Below are positions 29,201 to 43,792 of a stretch of DNA of 64,000 nt, one piece after another. A model generated the notes under the pieces. The model saw only the letters and a program-made list of their open reading frames with translations. It did no database searches and was not told the DNA's origin. The DNA is from Eledone cirrhosa. Taxonomy: Eukaryota. The stretch lies in contig OZ024743.1 of the NCBI GenBank assembly GCA_964016885.1, forward strand, positions 246,946,001-247,010,000, written 5' to 3'. A program made the position numbers and the translations under genes. Numbering within the stretch: the stretch's first letter is position 1; every line of letters begins with the position of its first letter.

Positions 29201-32200
29201 CAGTCTCGCAATATATACCCCTACAACACTGACAGTCTCTCAATATATACCCATACAACACTGACAGTCTCTCAATATATACCCCTACAACACTGACAGT
29301 CTCTCAATATATACCCCTACAACACAGTCTCCCAATGTATACCCCTACAACACTGACAGTCTCTTCATATATACCCCTACAACACTGACAGTCTCTCAAT
29401 ATCTACCCCTACAACACAGTCTGTCAATATATACCCCTACAACACTGACAATCTCTCAATATATACCCCTACAATACTGGCAGTCTCTCAATATATACCC
29501 CTGCAACCCTGACAGTCTCTCAATATATACCCCTACAACACAGTCTCTCAATATATACGCCTACAACACTGACAGTCACACAATATATACCCTACAACAC
29601 TGACAGTCTCTCAATATATACCCCTACAACACTGACAGTCACACAATATATACCCCTACAACACTGACAGTCTCTCAATATATACCTCTACAACAGATAG
29701 TCACACAATATATACCCCTACAACACTGACAGTCTCAATATATACCCCTATGACACTGACAGTCTCTCAATATATACCCCTACAATACTGACAGTTTCTC
29801 AATATATACCCCTATAACACTGACAGTCTCTCAATATATACCTCTACAACAGACAGTCACACAATATATACCCCTACAACACTGACAGTCTCAATATATA
29901 CCCCTATGACACTGACAGTCTCTCAATATATACACCTACAACACTGACAGTCGCTCAATATATACCCCTACAACACAGTCTCTCAATATACACCCCTACA
30001 ACACAGTCTCTCAATATACACCCCTACAACACTGACAGTCTCTAAATATATACCCCTACAATACTGACAGTCTCTCAATATATACCCCTACAACACTGAC
30101 AATCTCTCAATATATACCCCTACAACACTGACAGTCACACAATATATACCCCTACAACACTGACAGTCGCTCAATATATACCCATAAAACACTGACATTC
30201 TCTCAATATATACCCCTACAACACTGACAGCCTCTCAATATATACCCCTACAACACTGACAGCCTCTCAATATACACCCCTACAACACTGACAGTCTCTC
30301 AATATATACCCCTACAATACTGACAGTATCTCAATATATACCCCTACAACACTGACAGTCACACAATATATACCCCTACAACACTGACAGTCTCTCAATA
30401 TATACCCCTACAACACTGACTGTCTCTCAATATATACCCCTACAACACTGACAGCCTCTCAATATATACCCCTACAACACTGACAGTCTCTCAATATATA
30501 CCCATACAACACTGACAGTCTCTCTATATATATCCCTACAACACTCACAGTCTCACAATATATACCCCTACAACACAGTCTCTCAACATATACCCCTACA
30601 AAACAGTCTCTCAATATATACCCCTACAACACAGTCTCTCAATATATACCCCTACAACACAGTCTCTCAATATATACCCCTAGAACACAGTCTCTGAATA
30701 TATACGCCTACAACACTGACATTCTCTCAATATATACCCCTACAACACTGACAGTCACTCAATATATACCCCTACAACACAGTCTCTCAATATATACGCC
30801 TACAACATAGTCTGTCAATATATACCCCTACAACACTGACAGCTTCTCAATATATACCCCTACAACACTGACAGTCTCTGAATATATACCCCTACAACAC
30901 AGTCTCTCAATATATACCCCTACAACACTGACAATCTCCCAATATATACCCCTACAACACAGTCTCTCAATATATACCCCTACAACACTGACAGTCTCAC
31001 AATATATACCTCTACAACACTGACAGTCTCTCAATATTTATCCATACAACACTCACAGTCTCACAATATATACCCCTACAACAATGACAGTCTCGCAATA
31101 TACACCCCTACAACACAGACAGTCTCTCAATATATACCTCTACAATACTGACAGTCTCTCAATATATACCCCTACAATACTGACAGTCTCTCAATATATT
31201 CCCCTACAACAATGACAGTCTTCCAGTATATACCCCTACAACACTGACAGTCTCTCAATATACACCCTACAACACTGACACTCTCTCAATATATACCCCT
31301 ACAACACAGACATTCTCTCAATATATACCCCTACAATACTGACAGTCACACAATATATACCCTACAACATTGACAGTCTCTCAATATATACAAAACTGAC
31401 AGTCTCTCAATATATACCTCTACAACAGACAGTCACACAATATAAACACCTACAACACAGACAGTCACACAATATATACACCTACAACACTGACAGTCAC
31501 ACAATATATACACCTACAACACTGACAGTCACACAATATATACCCCTACAACACTGACAGTCACACAATATATTCCCCTACAACACTGACAATCTCTCAA
31601 TATATACCCCTACAACACTGACAGTCTCTCACTATATACCCCTACAACACTGACAGTCTCTCAATATATACCCCTGCAACACAGTCTGTCAATATATACC
31701 CATACAACACTGACAATCTCTCAATATATACCCCTACAATACTGGCAGTCTCTCAATATATACCCCTACAACACTGACTGTCTCTCAATATATACCCCTA
31801 CAACACTGACAGTCTCAATATATACCCCTATGACACTGACAGTCTCTCAATATATACCCCTACAATACTGACAGTCTCTTAATATATACCCCTACCATAC
31901 TGACAGTATCTCAATATATACACCTTCGACAACGACAGTCGCTCAATATAAACCCCTACAACACTGACAGTCTCTCAATATATACCCCTACAATACTGAC
32001 AGTCTCTCAATATATACCCCTACCATACTGACAGTATCTCAATATATACACCTTCGACAATGACAGTCGCTCAATATATACCCATACAACACTGACAGTC
32101 TCAATATATACCCCTACAACACAGTCTCTCAATATATACCCCTACAACACAGTCTCTCAATATACACCCCTACAACACAATCCCTCAATATACACCCCTA

Positions 32201-32965
32201 CAACACTGACTGTCTCTCAATATATACCCCTACAACACAGACAGCCTCTCAATATATACCCCTACATCACTGACAGTCTCTCAATATATACCCATAAAAC
32301 ACTGACAGTCTCTCAATATATACCCCTACAACACTGACTGTCTCTCAATATATACCGCTACAACACTGACAGTCTCTCACTATATACCCCTACAACACTG
32401 ACTGTCTCTCAATATATACCCCTACAACACAGTCTCTCAATATACACCCCTACAACACTGACAGTCTCTCAATATATACCCCTACAACACTGACAGCCTC
32501 TCAATATATACCCCTACAACACAGACAGCCTCTCAATATATACCCCTACTTTCACTGACAGTCTCTCAATATATACCCCTACAACACTGGCAGTCTCTCA
32601 ATATATACCGCTACAACACTGACAGTCTCTCACTATATACCCCTACAACACTGACTGTCTCTCAATATATACCCCTACAACACAGTCTCTCAATATACAC
32701 CCCTACAACACTGACAGTCTCTCAATATATACCCCTACAACACTGACAGCCTCTCAATATATACCCCTACAACACAGACAGCCTCTCAATATATACCCCT
32801 ACTTTCACTGACAGTCTCTCAATATATACCCCTACAACACTGGCAGTCTCTCAATATATACCCATACAACACTGACAGTCTCTCTATATATACCCCTACA
32901 ACAATGACTGTCTCGCAATATACACCCCTACAACACAGGCAGTCTCTCAATATATACCTCTACAA

Positions 32966-34180
32966 CAGCATTCTTCACCATATGAGATGTCATCTGGTGT
33001 ACCACAGGGATCTGTTCTTAGTCCTCTTTTGTTTGTGGCATATATTAATGACATAGATGCCAACTTACAGGATGCCACGGTACTAAAATATGCAGATGAC
33101 ATCAAGCTGTACCTTGAAATCAAAAGGACTGATCCTGAAATTTACAACTCTTTCCTACAATCAGACCTGGACACAATGCAGCAATGGATCACAGACTGGC
33201 AACTGAAGCTGGCTGTGGACAAGTGTACCACCATGCATTTTGGAAGGAAAAATCCAGCGTCCACATACTCCCTCCACAACACTGACATCAAAAAGTCCTC
33301 TTGTGAACGTGACCTGGGCATTACTGTCAGCAACGATTTGCGTTGGACAAAGCATGTCTCTAAGATTGTCAAGAAGGCCGAGGGTGTCTTGGCATCACTC
33401 AGCAAGACCTTTGTTAGCCGCTCTCCAGCCATCTATTTAAAACTGTATACAGCTATGGTGCGACCACACTTGGAATTCGCATCATCAGTCTGGAACCCCT
33501 ATCTTGCTCGGAACATTGACCTCCTGGAAACTGTTCAGAGACGTGCAACCAAGCGCATACCCTCCATCAGACACCTACCATACTCTGAACGCCTTGCTTC
33601 CCTGGGCATGGATTCATTGAAGCTCCGACGTCTGGCAGTGGACTTGGTGAATACCCACAAAGTTTTTAACCATCTCGCCAACTGCAACCCTGAGCGCCTC
33701 TTTGATCTCCATGTATCTAACACACGTGGACATGCCTACAAGATAAGAAAACAGCACAGCTCCCATGACTTTCGCAGACATTTTTTCACGCTCAGAGTTG
33801 CTGAAACATGGAACAAACTGCCTGCGTCAATTGTTAGCTGCCGAGGCACTGCATCCTTTAAGACACTCATGCTTCCCGAAATACGCCAAAACTACACCTG
33901 ATGTGCCCCTTCCATACACATGCACACATGTGTGCACTGTTCATTTTACTGATGTTTGTGCATTGCCCTATGTACTGTACAAGCACTTTTTTGATGGGTT
34001 GTGGTGCACCTGGGCACTGTGCACAATATTTCATTATTGTTATTGTTATTATATCATGACTCATACACTGTTTATTTTCCTGACATTTGTACATTATTCT
34101 ATGTACTATACATGCACCTTTGATGAGTTGTAGTGCACCTGAGCACTGTACACAATAATTTCATTATTATTATTATTATT
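32966..34180 (+). mobile_element. 5'-truncated CR1-group LINE inserted in the satellite
   Basis: Uninterrupted 304-aa ORF (32987-33901) with GVPQGSVLSPLLF, YADD, DLGI, VRPHLEFA, RGH and FFTLRV..WN.LP. (ATT)n tail at 34163-34180. Confidence 0.93.
32987..33901 (+). CDS. C-terminal part of LINE reverse transcriptase (fragment, reading frame intact)
   Basis: RT catalytic YADD and CR1-type C-terminal motifs. Lacks the endonuclease and N-terminal RT motifs. Confidence 0.8.
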   Translation: MSSGVPQGSVLSPLLFVAYINDIDANLQDATVLKYADDIKLYLEIKRTDPEIYNSFLQSDLDTMQQWITDWQLKLAVDKCTTMHFGRKNPASTYSLHNTDIKKSSCERDLGITVSNDLRWTKHVSKIVKKAEGVLASLSKTFVSRSPAIYLKLYTAMVRPHLEFASSVWNPYLARNIDLLETVQRRATKRIPSIRHLPYSERLASLGMDSLKLRRLAVDLVNTHKVFNHLANCNPERLFDLHVSNTRGHAYKIRKQHSSHDFRRHFFTLRVAETWNKLPASIVSCRGTASFKTLMLPEIRQNYT

Positions 34181-37100
34181 AATACTGACAGTCTCTCAAT
34201 ATATACCCCTACAATACTGACAGTCTCTCAATATATACCCCTACAACAATGACAGTCTTCCAGTATATACCCCTACAACACTGACAGTCTCTCAATATAC
34301 ACGCTACAACACTGGCAGTCTCTCAATATATACCCCTACAACACAGACATTCTCTCAATATATACCCCTACAATACTGACAGTCACACAATATATACCCT
34401 ACAACATTGACAGTCTCTCAATATATACAAAACTGACAGTCTCTCAATATATACCTCTACAACAGACAGTCACACAATATAAACACCTACAACACAGACA
34501 GTCACACAATATATACACCTACAACACTGACAGTCACACAATATATACACCTACAACACTGACAGTCACACAATATATACCCCTACAACACTGACAGTCA
34601 CACAATATATACCCCTACAACACTGACAATCTCTCAATATATACCCCTACAACACTGACAGTCTCTCACTATATACCCCTACAACACTGACAGTCTCTCA
34701 ATATATACCCCTGCAACACAGGCTGTCAATATATACCCCTACAACACTGACAGTCTCTCAATATATACCCCTACAATACTGGCAGTCTCTCAATATATAC
34801 CCCTACAACACTGACTGTCTCTCAATATATACCCCTACAACACAGTCTGTCAATATATGCCCTAAAACACTGAAAGTCTCTCAATATATACCCCTGCAAC
34901 CCTGACAGTCTCTCAATATATACCCCTACAACACTGACAGTCTCTCAATATATACCTCTACAACAGACAGTCACACAATATATACCCCTACAACACTGAC
35001 AGTCTCAATATATACCCCTATGACACTGACAGTGTCTCAATATATACCCCTACAATACTGACAGTCTCTTAATATATACCCCTACCATACTGACAGTATC
35101 TCAATATATACATCTTCGACAACAACAGTCGCTCAATATAAACCCCTACAACACTGACAGTCTCTCAATATATACCCCTATGACACTGACAGTCTCTCAA
35201 TATATACCCCTACAATACTGACAGTCTCTCAATATATACCCCTACCATACTGACAGTATCTCAATATATACACCTTCGACAATGACAGTCGCTCAATATA
35301 TACCCCTACAACACTGACAGTCTCAATATATACCCCTACAACACAGTCTCTCAATATATACCCCTACAACACAGTCTCTCAATATACACCCCTACAACAC
35401 AATCCCTCAATATACACCCCTACAACACTGACTGTCTCTCAATATATACCCATAAAACACTGACAGTCTCTCAATATATACCCCTACAACACTGACTGTC
35501 TCTCAACATACACCCCTACAACACTGACAGCCTCTCAATATATACCCATAAAACACTGACAGTCTCTCAATATATACCCCTACAACACTGACTGTCTCTC
35601 AACATACACCCCTACAACACTGACAGCCTCTCAATATATACCCCTACAACACTGACAGCCTCTCAATATATACCCATAAGACACTGACAGTCTCTCAATA
35701 TATACCCCTACCATACTGACAGTATCTCAATATATACACCTTCGACAATGACAGTCGCTCAATATATACCCATACAACACTGACAGTCTCAATATATACC
35801 CCTACAACACAGTCTCTCAATATATACCCCTACAACACAGTCTCTCAATATACACCCCTACAACACAATCCCTCAATATACACCCCTACAACACTGACTG
35901 TCTCTCAATATATACCCATAAAACACTGACAGTCTCTCAATATATACCCCTACAACACTGACTGTCTCTCAACATACACCCCTACAACACTGACAGCCTC
36001 TCAATATATACCCATAAAACACTGACAGTCTCTCAATATATAGCCCTACCATACTGACTGTCTCTCAATATATACCACTACAACACTGACAGTCTCTCAG
36101 TATATACCACTACAACACTGACTGTCTCTCAATATATACCCCTACAACACAGTCTCTCAATATAGACCCCTACAACACTGACAGTCTCTCAATATATACC
36201 CCTACAACACTGACAGCCTCTCAATATATACCCCTACAACACAGACAGCCTCTCAATATATACCCCTACTTTCACTGACAGTCTCTCAATATATACCCCT
36301 ACAACACTGACAGTCTCTCAATATATACCCATACAACACTGACAGTCTCTCTATATATACCCCTTCAACACTCACAGTCTCACAATATATACCCCTACAA
36401 CACAGTCTCTCAATATATACCCCTAGAACACAGTCTCTCAATATATACGCCTACAACACAGTCTCTCAATATATACCCCTACAACACTGACAGTCTCTCA
36501 ATATATACCCCTACAACACTGACTGTCTCTCAATATATACCCCTACAACACAGTCTCTCAATATACACCCCTACAACACTGACAGTCTCTCAATATACAC
36601 CCCTACAACACTGACAGTCTCTCAATATATACCCCTACAACACTGATCGCCTCTCAATATATACCCCTACAACACTGATAGCCTCTCAATATATACCCCT
36701 ACAACACTGACTGTCTCTCAATATATACCCCTACAACACAGTCTCTCAATATACACCCCTACAACACTGACAGTCTCTCAATATACACCCCTACAACACT
36801 GACAGTCTCTCAATATACACCCCTACAACACTGACTGTCTCTCAATATATACCCCTACAACACAGTCTCTCAATATACACCCCTACAACACTGACAGTCT
36901 CTCAATATACACCCCTACAACACTGACAGTCTCTCAATATACACCCCTACATCACTGACAGTCTCTCAATATACACCCCTACAACACTGACAGTCTCTCA
37001 ATATACACCCCTACATCACTGACAGTCTCTCAATATATACCCCTACAACACTGACTGTCTCTCAATATATACCCCTACATACTGACAGTCTCTCAATATA

Positions 37101-40100
37101 CACCCCTACAACACTGATCGCCTCTCAATATATATCCCTACAACACAGACAGCCTCTCAATATATACCCCTACATCACTGACAGTCTCTCAATATATACC
37201 CCTACAACACAGCCTCTCAATATACACCCCTACAACACTGACTGTCTCTCAATATATACCCCTACAACACTGATAGCCTCTCAATATATACCCCTACAAC
37301 ACTGACTGTCTCTCAATATATACCCCTACAACACTGACAGTCTCTCAATATATACCCCTACAACACAGTCTCTCAATATACACCCCTACAACACTGACAG
37401 TCTCTCAATATATACCCCTACAACACAGTCTCTCAATATACACCCCTACAACACTGACAGTCTCTCAATATATACCCCTACAACACAGTCTCTCAATATA
37501 CACCCCTACAACACTGACTGTCTCTCAATATATACCCCTACAACACTGACAGTCTCTCAATATATACCTCTACAACAGACAGTCACACAATATATACCCC
37601 TACAACACTGACAGTCTCAATATATACCCCTATGACACTGACAGTGTCTCAATATATACCCCTACAATACTGACAGTCTCTTAATATATACCCCTACCAT
37701 ACTGACAGTATCTCAATATATACATCTTCGACAACAACAGTCGCTCAATATAAACCCCTACAACACTGACAGTCTCTCAATATATACCCCTATGACACTG
37801 ACAGTCTCTCAATATATACCCCTACAATACTGACAGTCTCTCAATATATACCCCTACCATACTGACAGTATCTCAATATATACACCTTCGACAATGACAG
37901 TCGCTCAATATATACCCCTACAACACTGACAGTCTCAATATATACCCCTACAACACAGTCTCTCAATATATACCCCTACAACACAGTCTCTCAATATACA
38001 CCCCTACAACACAATCCCTCAATATACACCCCTACAACACTGACTGTCTCTCAATATATACCCATAAAACACTGACAGTCTCTCAATATATACCCCTACA
38101 ACACTGACTGTCTCTCAACATACACCCCTACAACACTGACAGCCTCTCAATATATACCCATAAAACACTGACAGTCTCTCAATATATACCCCTACAACAC
38201 TGACTGTCTCTCAACATACACCCCTACAACACTGACAGCCTCTCAATATATACCCCTACAACACTGACAGCCTCTCAATATATACCCATAAGACACTGAC
38301 AGTCTCTCAATATATACCCCTACCATACTGACAGTATCTCAATATATACACCTTCGACAATGACAGTCGCTCAATATATACCCATACAACACTGACAGTC
38401 TCAATATATACCCCTACAACACAGTCTCTCAATATATACCCCTACAACACAGTCTCTCAATATACACCCCTACAACACAATCCCTCAATATACACCCCTA
38501 CAACACTGACTGTCTCTCAATATATACCCATAAAACACTGACAGTCTCTCAATATATACCCCTACAACACTGACTGTCTCTCAACATACACCCCTACAAC
38601 ACTGACAGCCTCTCAATATATACCCATAAAACACTGACAGTCTCTCAATATATAGCCCTACCATACTGACTGTCTCTCAATATATACCACTACAACACTG
38701 ACAGTCTCTCAGTATATACCACTACAACACTGACTGTCTCTCAATATATACCCCTACAACACAGTCTCTCAATATAGACCCCTACAACACTGACAGTCTC
38801 TCAATATATACCCCTACAACACTGACAGCCTCTCAATATATACCCCTACAACACAGACAGCCTCTCAATATATACCCCTACTTTCACTGACAGTCTCTCA
38901 ATATATACCCCTACAACACTGACAGTCTCTCAATATATACCCATACAACACTGACAGTCTCTCTATATATACCCCTTCAACACTCACAGTCTCACAATAT
39001 ATACCCCTACAACACAGTCTCTCAATATATACCCCTAGAACACAGTCTCTCAATATATACGCCTACAACACAGTCTCTCAATATATACCCCTACAACACT
39101 GACAGTCTCTCAATATATACCCCTACAACACTGACTGTCTCTCAATATATACCCCTACAACACAGTCTCTCAATATACACCCCTACAACACTGACAGTCT
39201 CTCAATATACACCCCTACAACACTGACAGTCTCTCAATATATACCCCTACAACACTGATCGCCTCTCAATATATACCCCTACAACACTGATAGCCTCTCA
39301 ATATATACCCCTACAACACTGACTGTCTCTCAATATATACCCCTACAACACAGTCTCTCAATATACACCCCTACAACACTGACAGTCTCTCAATATACAC
39401 CCCTACAATACTGACAGTCTCTCAATATACACCCCTACAACACTGACTGTCTCTCAATATATACCCCTACAACACAGTCTCTCAATATACACCCCTACAA
39501 CACTGACAGTCTCTCAATATACACCCCTACAACACTGACAGTCTCTCAATATACACCCCTACATCACTGACAGTCTCTCAATATACACCCCTACAACACT
39601 GACAGTCTCTCAATATACACCCCTACATCACTGACAGTCTCTCAATATATACCCCTACAACACTGACTGTCTCTCAATATATACCCCTACATACTGACAG
39701 TCTCTCAATATACACCCCTACAACACTGATCGCCTCTCAATATATATCCCTACAACACAGACAGCCTCTCAATATATACCCCTACATCACTGACAGTCTC
39801 TCAATATATACCCCTACAACACAGCCTCTCAATATACACCCCTACAACACTGACTGTCTCTCAATATATACCCCTACAACACTGATAGCCTCTCAATATA
39901 TACCCCTACAACACTGACTGTCTCTCAATATATACCCCTACAACACTGACAGTCTCTCAATATATACCCCTACAACACAGTCTCTCAATATACACCCCTA
40001 CAACACTGACAGTCTCTCAATATATACCCCTACAACACAGTCTCTCAATATACACCCCTACAACACTGACAGTCTCTCAATATATACCCCTACAACACAG

Positions 40101-42544
40101 TCTCTCAATATACACCCCTACAACACTGACTGTCTCTCAATATATACCCCTACAACACTGACTGTCTCTCAATATATACCCCTACAACACAGTCTCTCAA
40201 TATACACCCCTACAACACTGACTGTCTCTCAATATATACCCCTACAACACTGATAGCCTCTCAATATATACCCCTACAACACTGACTGTCTCTCAATATA
40301 TACCCCTACAACACTGACTGTCTCTCAATATATACCCCTACAACACTGACTGTCTCTCAATATATACCCCTACAACACTGACTGTCTCTCAATATATACC
40401 CCTACAACACTGACAGTCTCTCAATATATACCCCTACAACACAGTCTCTCAATATACACCCCTACAACACTGACTGTCTCTCAATATATACCCCTACAAC
40501 ACTGATAGCCTCTCAATATATACCCCTACAACACTGACTGTCTCTCAATATATACCCCTACAACACTGACTGTCTCTCAATATATACCCCTACAACACTG
40601 ACTGTCTCTCAATATATACCCCTACAACACTGACAGTCTCTCAATATATACCCCTACAACACAGTCTCTCAATATATACCCCTACAACACTGACAGTCAC
40701 ACAATATATACCCCTACAACACTGACAGTCTCTCAATATATACCCCTACAACACAGTCTCTCAATATATACCCCTACAACACTGACAGTCTCTCAATATA
40801 TACCCCTACAACACTGACAGTCACACAATATATACCCCTACAACACTGACAATCTCTCAATATATACCCCTACAACACTGACTGTCTCTCAATATATACC
40901 CCTACAACACTGAATGACTCTCAATATATACCCCTACAACACAGTCTCTCAATATATACCCCTACAACACTGACAGTCTCTCAATATACACCCCTACAAT
41001 ACTGACAGTCTCTCAATATATACCCCTACAACACTGACTGTCTCTCAATATATACCCCTACAACACTGAATGACTCTCAATATATACCCCTACAACACTG
41101 ACAGTCTCTCAATATATACCCCTACAACACTGACTGTCTCTCAATATATACCCCTACAACACAGTCTCTCAATATACACCCCTACAACACTGACAGTCTC
41201 TCAATATACACCCCTACAACACAGACAGCCTCTCAATATATACCCCTACATCACTGACAGTCTCTCAATATATACCCCTACAACACAGACAGCCTCTCAA
41301 TATATACCCCTACAACACTGACAGTCTCTCAATATATACCCCTACAACACAGCCTCTCAATATATACCCCTACAACACTGACAATCTCTCAATATATACC
41401 CCTACAACACTGACTGTCTCTCAATATATACCCCTACAACACAGTCTCTCAATATACACCCCTACAATACTGGCAGTCTCTCAATATATACCCCTACAAC
41501 ACTGACAGTCACACAATATATACCCCTACAACACTGACAATCTCTCAATATATACCCCTACAACACTGACAATCTCTCAATATATACCCCTACATCACTG
41601 ACAGTCTCTCAATATATACCCCTACAACACTGAGAGTCTCAATATATACCCCTACAACACTGACTGTCTCTCAATATATACCCCTACAACACTGACAGTC
41701 TCTCAATATATACCCCTACATCACTGACAGTCTCTCAATATATACCCCTACAACACAGTCTCTCAATATATACCCCTACAACACTGACAGTCTCTCAATA
41801 TACACCCCTACAACACTGACAGTCTCTCAATATATACCCCTACATCACTGAATGACTCTCAATATATACCCCTACATCACTGACAGTCTCTCAATATATA
41901 CCCCTACAACACTGACAGTCTCTCAATATATACCCCTACAACACTGACTGTCTCTCAATATATACCCCTACAACACAGTCTCTCAATATATACCCCTACA
42001 ACACTGACAATCTCTCAATATATACCCCTACAACACTGACAATCTCTCAATATATATCCCTACAACACAGATAGCCTCTCAATATATACCCCTACAACAC
42101 TGAGAGTCTCAATATATACCCCTACAACACAGTCTCTCAATATATACCCCCACAATACTGACAATCTCTCAATATATACCCCTACAACACTGACAGTCTC
42201 TCAATATATACCCCTACAACACTGAATGACTCTCAATATATACCCATACAACACTGACAGTCACACAATATATAACCCTACAACACTGAGAGTCTCAATA
42301 TATACCCCTACAACACTGACAGTCTCAGAATATATACCCCTACAACACTGACAGTCACTCAATATATACCCCTACAACACTGACAGTCACTCAATATATA
42401 CCCCTACAACACTGACAGTCTGAATATATATACCTTACAACACACCAGCAGGAAATACATACACCGAGGACTACATACAGCAAAAGGCAAGCGAAACAAA
42501 AGATAATGATATCGCGAGGAGCATTGGAATACCTCTCTAATAAT

Positions 42545-42722
42545 TGTTTCTACTTTAGGCACAAGGCCAGCAATAACCCAGTGCATTACTAGTACTTTAT
42601 TTTATCGACCCCGTAAGGATGAAAGGCAAAGTCTACCTCGGCGGGATTTGAACTCAGATCGTAAAGGGACGTAACTATGCTGGAAAGCATGGCGTCCGAC
42701 CCTCTACCGATACTGCCAATCC
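42545..42722 (-). mobile_element. tRNA-derived SINE with 13-bp TSD, nested in an older plus-strand SINE (to ~42900)
   Basis: TSD CCTCTCTAATAAT at 42532-42544 and 42723-42735. Near-identical to 7810-7990. Confidence 0.88.
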
Positions 42723-43619
42723 CCTCTCTAATAATGTGTTCCGACTGTTTACATTCTGTGTTCAAAACTTGCCGAGGCCAACTTTACCTTTCATCCTCCT
42801 GTGGTTGATAAAACAAAGTACCAGTCAAGTCGATATAATCGATTTTCTCTTACTCTCCAAACTGTAGACATTGAGACATTGTGCCTCAATTAGAAACCAC
42901 TATAAGTTAGCTTAGTGTCCAGTTGCATCGTGTTTTCCAACAATATAACAAACATCATACCCTCATTTTTGTTTTCAGGAATTTACTCTTTCACTTAGTC
43001 GCCTTCTTTACTGAAAACAATGAAGTCGTGATGACAGTAGCTTTTATTTTGTGGTAAAATGATGTATCCTAGTTGGATTGTTTATCGACATAGACGTGAG
43101 GGAAGGTCCCTCGTCTATTTACCATTTTTGTAAGTGAGAATTATAACAAAGTGAGTGTGTGTGTGTGTAAACAAGACAATAACCACAACGAGAGTTATAT
43201 TCAACAATTGTAAATAATGGTGATGTTTATTTTGTTTATATGTGTTTATTATATTACAAATGGAACATACCAAATATAGACGCGGTCAGTTGTGGTGAAA
43301 GGAGCGTATTACAATTACAAAGGTATTGTGGGGTTTGCTGTTTGCTATTCCCTTGGCTGTTTATCGTTTCGTGGTACAGAAGCTGTTTTCTGTAGCGTGT
43401 ATACCGTCTGCTTTTCTGTGGCTGTCTCTGGTTACCTGTGTTCTCAACCAGGGGGAGACAACTAGGGTTGTTCTATTATCCGATAGGGGGCGTTAGGCGT
43501 CTTACTACAATTTTCTTCGCATTTTTCTAATCGGTGATATGTGGCCAACCTTAAAAACGGGATAATATTGCGCGCGCCCACTTGTCAAGTATATCGAGTG
43601 AATAATATGTGCGTTGGGG

Positions 43620-43790
43620 GTGTGTCCCGTAACTTACCGGTTAGATAGAAATCGATAAAATAAGTACCGGGCTTAAAAAAAAACTAAAAAAAACTACGGT
43701 CGGTATGATCGACTACATCCCTTTGAGGCGGTGTTCCAGCATGGCCGCAGCCTAATGACTGAAACCTGTAAAACAATAAAATAAAAGAAT
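43620..43790 (+). mobile_element. SINE 3' part
   Basis: 'tcgataaaataagtacc...ggtgttccagcatggccgcag...atgactgaaac...' ending in an A-rich tail. Shares the SINE core motif. Confidence 0.6.
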
Positions 43791-43792
43791 AT

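Larger units (their letters stand above)
11284..42443. repeat. Satellite array, 32-bp consensus TACAACACTGACAGTCTCTCAATATATACCCC, with 26-31 bp length variants
   Basis: Continuous head-to-tail monomers over ~30 kb excluding the LINE insertion, roughly 950 monomers estimated from length. The plus strand is strongly G-poor. Confidence 0.98.

Noticed and set aside
12873-41321. ORFs inside the satellite (12873, 13240, 27293, 30828, 41070)
   Set aside because: They are translations of the monomer and its indel variants, with no coding signal.
11284-42443. CRISPR-like array (32-bp repeat)
   Set aside because: Monomers are head-to-tail with no unique spacers, there are no cas genes, and the context is eukaryotic.
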